DNA of 64,000 nucleotides, taken from positions 2,816,001 through 2,880,000 of the forward strand of contig OZ245046.1 of the NCBI GenBank assembly GCA_965224245.1, in the 5' to 3' direction. The position numbers and the translations under genes were made by a program. The notes under the pieces are model-generated. The model was not told the origin of the DNA, did not search any database, and saw nothing but the letters and a program-made list of their open reading frames with translations. Origin of the DNA: Candidatus Eiseniibacteriota bacterium. GTDB taxonomy: Bacteria > Eisenbacteria > RBG-16-71-46 > CAZAMP01. Below, piece by piece: positions 46,486 through 54,991 of the stretch (positions are counted from its first letter, which is position 1; the number at the start of each line of letters is the position of its first letter).

Positions 46486-48018
46486 ATGTCCCGTGTCCTC
46501 GGCCCTCACCCCCTTCGCACCCTCGCGTCGCTCGCACGCGGATCGGCGGGAATCTCGGTGCCACCCCCGTGTCGTGACGCGGTCGACGCGTCGCGCCGGC
46601 TCGTCGAGGAGATCCTGACCGAGGATGTCGCCGTCTACGGCGTGAACACCGGGTTCGGCAAGCTCGCCGACCGCTCGATCTCGCGCGACGAGCTGGAGAC
46701 GCTCCAGCGAAACCTGGTCCTCTCGCATGCCTCCGGCGTCGGCGCCCCGCTCGGCGCGCGCACGGTCCGGCTGGTCCTGGCGCTGAAGCTATCGAGTCTC
46801 GCGCGAGGCGCATCGGGGGTCCGCTGGGAGATCCTGGAGCTTCTCGAGGCCATGCTCGAGCGGGACGTCGTTCCCGTCGTGCCGTCGCAGGGCTCGGTGG
46901 GCGCGTCGGGCGATCTGGCGCCGCTCGCCCATCTGGCGTCGGTGCTGATCGGACACGGCGAGGCCGAGGTGGCGGGCCGTCGGCTTCCCGCCCGTGAGGC
47001 CCTGGCTTCGGTCGGCCTCGAGCCCGTGACCCTCCACCCGAAGGAAGGCCTCGCTCTCATCAACGGGACGCAGGTCTCCACCGCGCTGGCCATCGAGGCG
47101 CTCGTCGACACCGAACGGCTGTTTCACACCGCGCTCGTCACCGGCGCTCTCAGCATCGACGCCGCACTCGGCTCGGACGGGCCGTTCGGTCCTACAGTTC
47201 ATCGCCTGCGAGGCCATCGGGGCCAGATCGACGTGGCCGCCGCGCTCACCCGGCTGATCGCGGGGAGCCAGATTCGAGAGTCCCATCGTGCGTGCACGCG
47301 CGTGCAGGATCCCTACTCGCTTCGCTGCATGCCGCAGGTGATGGGCGCGTGTCTCGACCAGCTGCGACACGCGGCCTCGGTGCTGGCGATCGAGTCCACC
47401 GCCGTGACCGACAACCCGCTCGTCCTCGTCGAGGATCGCGCGATCGTATCCGGCGGCAACTTCCACGCCGAGCCCGTCGCGCTCGTGGCCGATCAGATGG
47501 CGATTGCGATCGCGGAGATCGGCTCACTCTCCGAGCGGCGCGTGGCCCTCCTCGTGGATCCGGCGCTGAGCGGGCTGCCTCCGTTCCTGACGCCGGACGC
47601 CGGCGTCAACTCCGGCTACATGATCGCGCAGGTGACCGCGGCGGCCCTCGTGTCCGAGAACAGACAACGCAGCCACCCCGCGTCGGTGGACAGCATTCCG
47701 ACCAGCGCCAACCAGGAGGACCACGTGTCGATGGCCACGCACGGGGCTCGCCGGCTGCTCGACATGGTGGCGAACCTCCGGAGCGTGCTGGCCGTCGAGC
47801 TCCTGGTCGCCGCACAGGGCGTGCACCTTCGCGCACCGCTGGTCACGAGCGCGCCGCTGGCGTCGGTCCTGGCCGTACTCCGTGAGCGTGTTCCGCCGCT
47901 CGACTCCGATCGCCTGATGGCTCCCGACATCGACGCGGCGGCCGCGCTGATTGAATCGGGGACGATCACGGCCGCCGTGGGATCGGTCTCGATGCCCGAC
48001 ATCCTCGAGCCGGTCTGA
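46486..48018 (+). CDS. hutH: Histidine ammonia-lyase
   Basis: [25 protein letters not shown] (MIO-forming ASG), [34 protein letters not shown]. Confidence 0.95.
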   Translation: MSRVLGPHPLRTLASLARGSAGISVPPPCRDAVDASRRLVEEILTEDVAVYGVNTGFGKLADRSISRDELETLQRNLVLSHASGVGAPLGARTVRLVLALKLSSLARGASGVRWEILELLEAMLERDVVPVVPSQGSVGASGDLAPLAHLASVLIGHGEAEVAGRRLPAREALASVGLEPVTLHPKEGLALINGTQVSTALAIEALVDTERLFHTALVTGALSIDAALGSDGPFGPTVHRLRGHRGQIDVAAALTRLIAGSQIRESHRACTRVQDPYSLRCMPQVMGACLDQLRHAASVLAIESTAVTDNPLVLVEDRAIVSGGNFHAEPVALVADQMAIAIAEIGSLSERRVALLVDPALSGLPPFLTPDAGVNSGYMIAQVTAAALVSENRQRSHPASVDSIPTSANQEDHVSMATHGARRLLDMVANLRSVLAVELLVAAQGVHLRAPLVTSAPLASVLAVLRERVPPLDSDRLMAPDIDAAAALIESGTITAAVGSVSMPDILEPV

Positions 48019-48027
48019 GCCGGTCGA

Positions 48028-49782
48028 TCACCGGAGAACCGTGAGCCGCCGCGTCGACGCGCCGTCGGGCGTCGTCAATCGAACACCGTAGATCCCCGGC
48101 GGCAGACCCGACGTATCCACGAGGATCTCGTTCGCTCCCGGGGGCGCCGGTCGGGCCGCGATGGTCCGGACCTCGCGCCCCCGGGCGTCGAAGAGCGCCA
48201 GTCGGACCTCACCCGCGCGCGCCAGCGTGAACCCGAGTCGGGACACGCCGCGCGACGGGTTCGGGGCCGGCGGTGCCAGACGAGGCCCGGGCCACGACGC
48301 CGGCGTCGAAACCGCCAGGACGTCTCCCTCGACGATCGTCAGGTGCTGGCGCACCGGCAGGTTCGTGTACGTCTCCTCGAGCCCGGACGGCCAGCGAACC
48401 GAGAGGCTCGTGACCACCGAGGCATCACCCAGTCCGAAGTCGGCCGCAAGCGAGCTCTGCGCGTTGTACCCGGTCTGACCGGACACCTCGCGCATCTGCG
48501 TGCGCGACGTGCCCCCGATCGTCGCCTCGACCTCGACCCGCGTCCCGATGGCGGACGGGTTCGACACGGTGCCGACGCAGGTGACCGAGAGCCAGGCGTT
48601 CGCGGGACCGAGGTCGTTTCGGTAGAGATAGTTGCTCTGTGCGACGGGCTGATCGCCGTTGGTGACGAAGAGATCCAGATCGCCGTCCGCGTCCACGTCA
48701 CACCAGGTGGATCCATTCGATCGCCCGCCGTCGCCCACCGGCGGGCCCGACACGACCGCCGTGAAACCGCCGGATCCGTCGTTCAGGAAGAACGCGTTGC
48801 TCTCGTTCAGATCTCGTGAGACGAAGAGGTCGAGATCGCCGTCGTTGTCGCTGTCGCCGAACGCCCCGCAGACCGACGCGCCACCGGACGTGACCACCGG
48901 ACCCGTGACGATCCGGACGAAGACGCCGGCGCCCTCGTTCCGGTACAGGAAGTCGTTCTCGCCGGAGTAGTTCGTCACGAAGAGATCGAGATCCAGATCT
49001 CCGTCGAGGTCCCCCCAGCTTCCGCCGACCGAGTTGCCGCCGTCGGTGGTGACGGGTGTGCCGACGACGGCGACGAGCGAGCCTCCGTCGTTTCGATAGA
49101 GGAAGTTGTTCGCCCCGGCGCCGAAGTTCGCGTTGGCCACGAAGAGATCCGGATCCCCGTCGTCGTCGTAGTCCCCGAAGGCCGAGCCGAGCGACGCGCC
49201 GCCGGCGGTGACGGCGTCACCGGCGAGGATCTTCTCGAAGACCCCGCCGCCCAGGTTCCGGTAGAGCGCGTTGTTCTGGCCGAAGTTGGCCACGAAGAGA
49301 TCCAGATGCCCGTCGCCGTCCACGTCGGCCGGGCAGGCGCTCCAGGATCCGGCGGCGTCGGTCACGAGCACGCCGGTGGTCACGCGCTCGAGGATGCCCG
49401 CGCCGTCGTTCACGTAGAAGAAGTTCGGCACGACGAGGCTGCCGCCACCGTTCACGACCACCAGATCGGGCCATCCATCCCCGGTGAAGTCGGCGAACGA
49501 GCCTCCGTACGAGAAGCCGCCATCCACCACCGGATCCCCGGACAGCTCCTGGGTGAACGATCCCGCGCCGTCGTTCAGATAGAGGAGGTTGTTCTGCGAG
49601 ATGATGTTCGTGACCGCGAGGTCGGGCGAGCCGTCACCGTCCACGTCGTTCCAGAGACAGCCCTCGGAGTAGCGCCCGTCGGTGACGAGAGGGCCGGTGA
49701 CGATGCGGACGAACGGCTGCGCGTCCGCGATGGAGCCGATCGCGAGCGCCAGCGCCGCCGCCAGCGAGAGTCGATGGGTCAT
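48028..49782 (-). CDS. CRTAC1/ASPIC-UnbV-like FG-GAP repeat protein with T9SS/FlgD-like C-terminal domain
   Basis: Seven DxDGDGxxDLFV repeats, AIGTRV...Q.REV...FGLG...V.WPSG (ASPIC/UnbV), then PNP...LFDARGREV...LPPGIY. Confidence 0.88.
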   Translation of the reverse strand: MTHRLSLAAALALAIGSIADAQPFVRIVTGPLVTDGRYSEGCLWNDVDGDGSPDLAVTNIISQNNLLYLNDGAGSFTQELSGDPVVDGGFSYGGSFADFTGDGWPDLVVVNGGGSLVVPNFFYVNDGAGILERVTTGVLVTDAAGSWSACPADVDGDGHLDLFVANFGQNNALYRNLGGGVFEKILAGDAVTAGGASLGSAFGDYDDDGDPDLFVANANFGAGANNFLYRNDGGSLVAVVGTPVTTDGGNSVGGSWGDLDGDLDLDLFVTNYSGENDFLYRNEGAGVFVRIVTGPVVTSGGASVCGAFGDSDNDGDLDLFVSRDLNESNAFFLNDGSGGFTAVVSGPPVGDGGRSNGSTWCDVDADGDLDLFVTNGDQPVAQSNYLYRNDLGPANAWLSVTCVGTVSNPSAIGTRVEVEATIGGTSRTQMREVSGQTGYNAQSSLAADFGLGDASVVTSLSVRWPSGLEETYTNLPVRQHLTIVEGDVLAVSTPASWPGPRLAPPAPNPSRGVSRLGFTLARAGEVRLALFDARGREVRTIAARPAPPGANEILVDTSGLPPGIYGVRLTTPDGASTRRLTVLR

Positions 49783-49900
49783 GTGGAGTCCGTTTCGTCG
49801 GAGGTTCGTCCGGTATGAACGGCGGCAGCGACGGTCAGTCTACCATCGAGGTGTAGCCGCGCGCGGCGCCGTGCGCGGCACGGGGGCGTGTATTCAGAGG

Positions 49901-51050
49901 TCAGAAACGGTCGGGACGACTCAGCGACCAGAGCTCCGCGAGGTCACGCGGCCCGCCGCCGGCCAGGAGCGCACCGGGCTCGACCGGGGGATAGATCTCG
50001 TCGAACCGCCGGATCGCCTCGTGTTGCACTTCGCGGCCTGGATGCACCCGAGCGCGAGCATCGTGCCGCGTGCCGAGTTGCAGAGATCGGCGCCCAGGGC
50101 CAGCTGGCGCACGATGTGAAACCCCGTGGTGATCTTCCCCGCGGAGATCACGCGGACCCGATCGCGGAGCCCGGTGCCCACGAGCGCGTTGTGCACGAAC
50201 GACAGCCCCTCGGTCAGGAGCGCCCCCACCGAGTTGGAGAACTCGAGCGGCGCCGCCCCCGTTCCGCCCTCGGCGCCATGCCGCCGTGACCGGGCTTCGC
50301 GCCCTGCGAGAGCTCGAGCTCGATCATCCGCACACTCTCGCGACGCGCGTTCTCGGTGAAGCTATCGGCGTCGAAGTCGCCGCTCTCGCTTCGACAGCCG
50401 ACGTACCCGGTGCCGACCGGCCACACGAGACCCCCGGCCTCCAAGTGGTAGGGGCTGATGCCGCCCTCACCGGTGTCGTGATGGAAGCCGCCCTTCCCCG
50501 CCCCGCGGTTCGAGGCCCGGATGGCGCTCGGACTCAGGGATCCGAAGCTCATCGCCGAGACGTTCAGGATCGACGCCTCATCGGGCTTCGTGACGCCGAC
50601 GCTGCCGATCCGCGCGCGCTCCTCGTCGTGGGACGGGACCCGGGCTGCCAGGGAGTGACCGATCCACTCGTAGCCCGGCGCGTTGACGTCGTGCCGTGTC
50701 CCGAACGGGAGCGAGTCCAGCTGGTCCTTCGAGCGCCGGTAGACGATCGTGCGCCGCTCGCGGCTGAGCGGCGTCTCCTCGGAATCGGACTCGATGAAGT
50801 ACTGGCGGATCTCGGGCCGGATGGACTCCAGCATGAAGCGAACGTCGCCGATCACCGGGAAGTCTGGTCGGACGCTCTGGCGGGTCTGCGGCATGTCCCG
50901 GACGCCGATCGTCGCGTAGGACAGGAACACCACCAGCGTCATCGCCCACCACCACGAGACGAGCGCGACGAGTGCGGAGGTGGCGATCGCCCCCACGATC
51001 ACGCTCCACGTGAACGTATCGTGGAATACTCGGGTAATGCATGGTGCCAT
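49901..51050 (-). pseudogene. FMN-binding glutamate synthase family gene, disrupted by two frameshifting deletions
   Basis: Three frames join: SAMSFGSLS / TGEGG / SQGAKPGHGG, then GAEGGTGAAPLEFSN...ARG.MLALGCIQA.KCNT, then IRRFDEIYP.VEPG.LL...W....PDRF-stop at 49901. Confidence 0.85.
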
Positions 51051-51288
51051 GGCCTCGGGGTCCATCCAACAGTGCGAAGCAAGCGGGAGGTCGGTCAGCC
51101 ATCTCATCCGCTGACGCGAATCGTGTGCTCCAGCCTCGGCCGGAGATCCTGGGGACGACACGCCGGGTCGGCGGTACACGCGTGGCACCACGCGATCGAC
51201 GGCGTGCCTCGCGGAGGATCGGAGGACACCCATACCGCCCGTCGACGCACGCCCTGGCTCCCGACGCGCGTGGACCCCGTGCGCGACT

Positions 51289-51945
51289 TCAGTCGGTGTA
51301 GGCTGCCTTGACGCGGCCCCAGCTCATCTCCTCGACCGGGATGACCGCGCAGTAGTCACTCGAGCACTCGACGTCGATCCCGCTCGCGAGATCGTACTCC
51401 TCGAGCGCGCCGGCACAGATCTCGAAGAGCGCGGCATCGCAGTCCGCGTACACGGCCTCTTCGATCCGTGGATCCCCGGTGAACCGGAGGTAGCCGGCAT
51501 CGCCGGTCGTCAGCGAAAGGAATCCGACGCGCGCGTGTTCACCGGGTGAGACGAAGCACCCGTCCGCCCACGTCATCGCGTTGCCGGTCCCGGAATCGGG
51601 CCATAAATCCTCGGGGATCTCCGAGCCCCCGGTGCAGAGCGCCCAGCCCAGTCCCGAGCCGAGATCGTGCTCGATCCCGAACTGCGTGCCCCCGATGCCG
51701 TTCGGGAAGCCACCGGTTCGGACCACCGTGAACCACAGAAAGCTCGGGCCGGCGATCGACGCGCTGCCGAGTGGACCGCAGTCGGCGGCGTCGATGAAGT
51801 CGAACGCGGGATCCGTGCAGCCGGCGTACGACGGCCCCGTGAGCACCGGGTGCAGCGTCGTCGCCTCGTCGATCTGGGCCGACGCCAGGCTGGTGACGGT
51901 CACTGCCACGACGAACGTCGTGGTGAGGACGGTGCTGAAACGCAT
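51289..51945 (-). CDS. Hypothetical secreted Cys-containing protein with C-terminal SWGRVKAAY motif
   Basis: Signal peptide (ASA-Q), 8 Cys, terminal PVEEMSWGRVKAAYTD. Confidence 0.75.
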   Translation of the reverse strand: MRFSTVLTTTFVVAVTVTSLASAQIDEATTLHPVLTGPSYAGCTDPAFDFIDAADCGPLGSASIAGPSFLWFTVVRTGGFPNGIGGTQFGIEHDLGSGLGWALCTGGSEIPEDLWPDSGTGNAMTWADGCFVSPGEHARVGFLSLTTGDAGYLRFTGDPRIEEAVYADCDAALFEICAGALEEYDLASGIDVECSSDYCAVIPVEEMSWGRVKAAYTD

Positions 51946-52035
51946 GGGATGAAGCTCCAGAACGAGAAGCTGGCAGACACAATGCCTTGGACCGGAATTC
52001 TCTCATCCCGCCCTCGGGGACGCAACCGGCACCCG

Positions 52036-53922
52036 TCACGGTGCCTCGGGCGCCTCGAGCCGCGTCAACGGCACCCCTCTCTCGAATGCGCGGCGCTCGA
52101 ACGCAATTCGGTCGAGGAGGTCGGTCAGCCCCTCCTCCGTCGCGCGAGATCGGGCGGCGTCCAGAAGCTCGATCGCCCGCTCGAAGTGCTCGAGCTCCCC
52201 CTCGGCGACGGCCAGCGCTCGTAGCGACGCCGCGCGCGCGGGGCGCGTGACCGAGACCGCGCGCTCGGCGAGCGAGCGGGCCAGCTCGGGTCGGCGCACG
52301 TCGGGATCGACGCTGGTCGCGCGGATCCAGGCGAGCCGCGTGAGCAGATCGACGTCATCGGGACGCCCCAGGAGCGCGACCTCGAACGCCCGGGCGGCGG
52401 CCGCCTGATCACCGTCGTACCAGGACGCCTCACCGGCGATGAACGCACTCGTCGCATCCCCGGGGAACCACGCCAGCAGCGACCGGGCCACGGCGCCCGC
52501 GGGGGAGCGGTCCCCGCTTCGGTGGAGCGCGATCGCGTGGTCGCGCTGATGCTGGCCGTCGTAGCCGAGCGCGACCCGCACCGAGTCGAGCGGGACGAGG
52601 GCCGCGGCACGCCCGAAGTGCGCCGCCCCGCGGGCGGCGTCGCCATCGCGCATCGCGAGGCGGGCCAGCGCCTGCTCGACCCGGCAGGCCACCACCCCCG
52701 CATCCCGCGCCGACTCCCAGAGCGCACGGTCGGAGCGCCAGTCTCGAAGGCGGGTCGTGGAGCGGGCCGCCCCGAGAATCACGAGCGCCCCGACCACGAC
52801 GATCGTGGCTCGGCGGAAGCCCCGCCCACCGTGTCGAGCCGACGCGTGCACGGCCCACGCGACCGCGAGCGCGACCCCGAACGAGGCGACGTACAGGTAT
52901 CGCTCGGCGAAGTAGAAGTGCGTCAGCGGGATCAGGTTCGCGTACGGCACGGGCATCACGAGACACCACAGGAGCGCGAACCCCGCGAGCGGGGCCCGGC
53001 GGTACGCCCACGCGGCGATTGCGAGCCCGGCGGCGAGGAGCGCGATGCCGCCCAGGGCGGCCGGACTCGAGAGGGCGAGGGTGCGATCCAGCCCACGGTC
53101 GACCACGAGCGTGGTCGGGAACACCAGCACCTCGATCGTCCGCGGCACCGCAGCCGCCGCGTGCGCGAGCACCTGGCGATACGACACGAGCTGATACGCG
53201 TGCGTCTCGGCCACCCGCGCCGGCGAGAAGGGATCGATCAGGCCCAGCGACCAGATCGCGCCCGCGCCGACGAGCACCACGGCCCCAACCGCGATGGAGA
53301 TGCGCAGCCGCCGGGACGCAGCTCCCGGGCGCAGACCGGCCGGCAACAGCACGAGGGCGATCGGGAACGCCGCGGCGGAGGTCTCCTTGCTCCAGAGCGC
53401 GAGCCCGAGGCACAGCGTCAGGATCACCACGCCCCACCGTGACCGACCGGCCCGCATCCACGCGAGAAGGCCGGCCACGAGCCACCCGAGCGGCAGGATG
53501 TCCTTGCGGTGCACGAACGACGCGACCGCGTCCACGTGCACGGGATGGACGGCGAACACGAGCCCGCCCATCAGCGCCGCGACCGCGCCGAGCCCGGTCC
53601 GAAGGAGCAGGAGCCCGACCAGCCCCACCACGGCGGTGTGCAGCATGACGTTCGTCAGGTGATAGCCGACCGCCTGATCGCCCCAGAGGCGATGATCGAG
53701 CCAGTAGCTGAGCCATGTCAGGCCGCGATAGGCACGGAGCACCGGCGCGCCGGAATCCAGCTCGGCGATCGTTTGCGTGTCGTCGTAGACGAACCCATGG
53801 CCGAGCGACGGCAGGTGGAGTGCCAGGGCAACGCACGCGGGAACGAGCACCGCCAGCACGACGTCACGCGCCGACCGGCCGCGTCGCGGGTCGTCGGCGT
53901 CGTTCACGGTCGGAGATTCCAC
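52036..53922 (-). CDS. TMTC-like / DUF1736 GT-C glycosyltransferase with TPR C-terminus
   Basis: FVYDD, YR.L...S, GYHLTNV.LH, FAVHPVH..AV, SKE, AERYLY, W.S...LW; C-terminal TPR-like helices. Confidence 0.85.
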   Translation of the reverse strand: MESPTVNDADDPRRGRSARDVVLAVLVPACVALALHLPSLGHGFVYDDTQTIAELDSGAPVLRAYRGLTWLSYWLDHRLWGDQAVGYHLTNVMLHTAVVGLVGLLLLRTGLGAVAALMGGLVFAVHPVHVDAVASFVHRKDILPLGWLVAGLLAWMRAGRSRWGVVILTLCLGLALWSKETSAAAFPIALVLLPAGLRPGAASRRLRISIAVGAVVLVGAGAIWSLGLIDPFSPARVAETHAYQLVSYRQVLAHAAAAVPRTIEVLVFPTTLVVDRGLDRTLALSSPAALGGIALLAAGLAIAAWAYRRAPLAGFALLWCLVMPVPYANLIPLTHFYFAERYLYVASFGVALAVAWAVHASARHGGRGFRRATIVVVGALVILGAARSTTRLRDWRSDRALWESARDAGVVACRVEQALARLAMRDGDAARGAAHFGRAAALVPLDSVRVALGYDGQHQRDHAIALHRSGDRSPAGAVARSLLAWFPGDATSAFIAGEASWYDGDQAAAARAFEVALLGRPDDVDLLTRLAWIRATSVDPDVRRPELARSLAERAVSVTRPARAASLRALAVAEGELEHFERAIELLDAARSRATEEGLTDLLDRIAFERRAFERGVPLTRLEAPEAP

Positions 53923-53932
53923 ACGGAACGGC

Positions 53933-54322
53933 TCAGGCGTTTCCGAGGTCTTCCAGGTCGATCTCGTCGCGCGCGAGGACGAGCACGGCCGAGTTCGGCA
54001 CGATCAGGTAGTGCGAGCCCTCGAACGTGAACTCGACGGCGCCGCTGCGCAGAAAGAGGACATAGTCCCCCTCCTGGGCCTGGAGCGGGACGTAGCGCGC
54101 GCCGCGATCGTGGCGCGGCTTCCACGGCTCGTCGTCCACGTCTGTCGGATCGGCCACGGGATACCCGGGACCGACCGCGACCACGGTACCGCCACGGACC
54201 GACCGGGCGCTCACGGCGGACTGCGGCACGTAGAGGCCGGCTCCGGTCTTCTCCTCGCCCGACTCGGGCCGCACGACGATCCGGTCGCCGACCACGATCA
54301 GACGCTTCGCGAATCTCGCCAT
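53933..54322 (-). CDS. groES: Co-chaperonin GroES-family protein (orphan, with insertion)
   Basis: GDRIVV.P...EEKT.AGLY.P, GTVVAVGPG, EGD.VLF. No groEL adjacent. Confidence 0.85.
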   Translation of the reverse strand: MARFAKRLIVVGDRIVVRPESGEEKTGAGLYVPQSAVSARSVRGGTVVAVGPGYPVADPTDVDDEPWKPRHDRGARYVPLQAQEGDYVLFLRSGAVEFTFEGSHYLIVPNSAVLVLARDEIDLEDLGNA

Positions 54323-54331
54323 CGCCCTCGC

Positions 54332-54778
54332 TCATGCTCGACTCGCGCCGGGAAGAAACGACGCGATGTGTGACAGATACCAGCCCGGGAACCGGTGCTC
54401 GCGGGCCGCGCCGAGGATCCGATCCACGTACGCGGGATCCGGATCGCCCGGCGCCAGATCGTGCGCGACGTACGACAGCGCGGGAACGTGCGTGCCGTCG
54501 AGCCGCCGCGTCAGGACGGCTTCGGGCACGTACACGCCGCCCAGGACGTCGCGCGCGTGCGCGTACAGGCGATCGAGCTCGCCGTGGGTGAGGGCGGTCA
54601 CGATGCCGTAGGTCGTGCCCCGGTCGAGCGGTACGAGATTGGCGAGTGGCCGCACGGTCAGGGCGTATCCCGGCAGCACCGCGACGTGAAACGGCTCCGG
54701 ATGGATGTCGACACCGGTCAGAACCTCGAGGTTGATGTACGAGCCGTAGAGGAACACGGCGACCGCCCGTGCTCGCAT
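54332..54778 (-). CDS. Gamma-glutamylcyclotransferase family protein
   Basis: N-terminal FLYGS, LPGY.L, AN.VP, P...Y...I..AA...FP..Y; GAGGAG RBS. Confidence 0.75.
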   Translation of the reverse strand: MRARAVAVFLYGSYINLEVLTGVDIHPEPFHVAVLPGYALTVRPLANLVPLDRGTTYGIVTALTHGELDRLYAHARDVLGGVYVPEAVLTRRLDGTHVPALSYVAHDLAPGDPDPAYVDRILGAAREHRFPGWYLSHIASFLPGASRA

Positions 54779-54991
54779 GGCACCCTCCTCGCGTCCTCGC
54801 CCGAGGCTCGACCGAGACTCCTCGCTCCGGGCGCCACACATGCCTCATCGAGAAGCGGGGCTGCCGCCGCCTCGAGGTTCGGCGAATGACGCCGGGTGCC
54901 CGTAGCCGCGGTCGTCGACGCGCGCCTCGAACGCGACGTCGACGAACGTCCCGTCGTCCTCCGCTGGATGGACGCGGTTCTGATGGCGATC

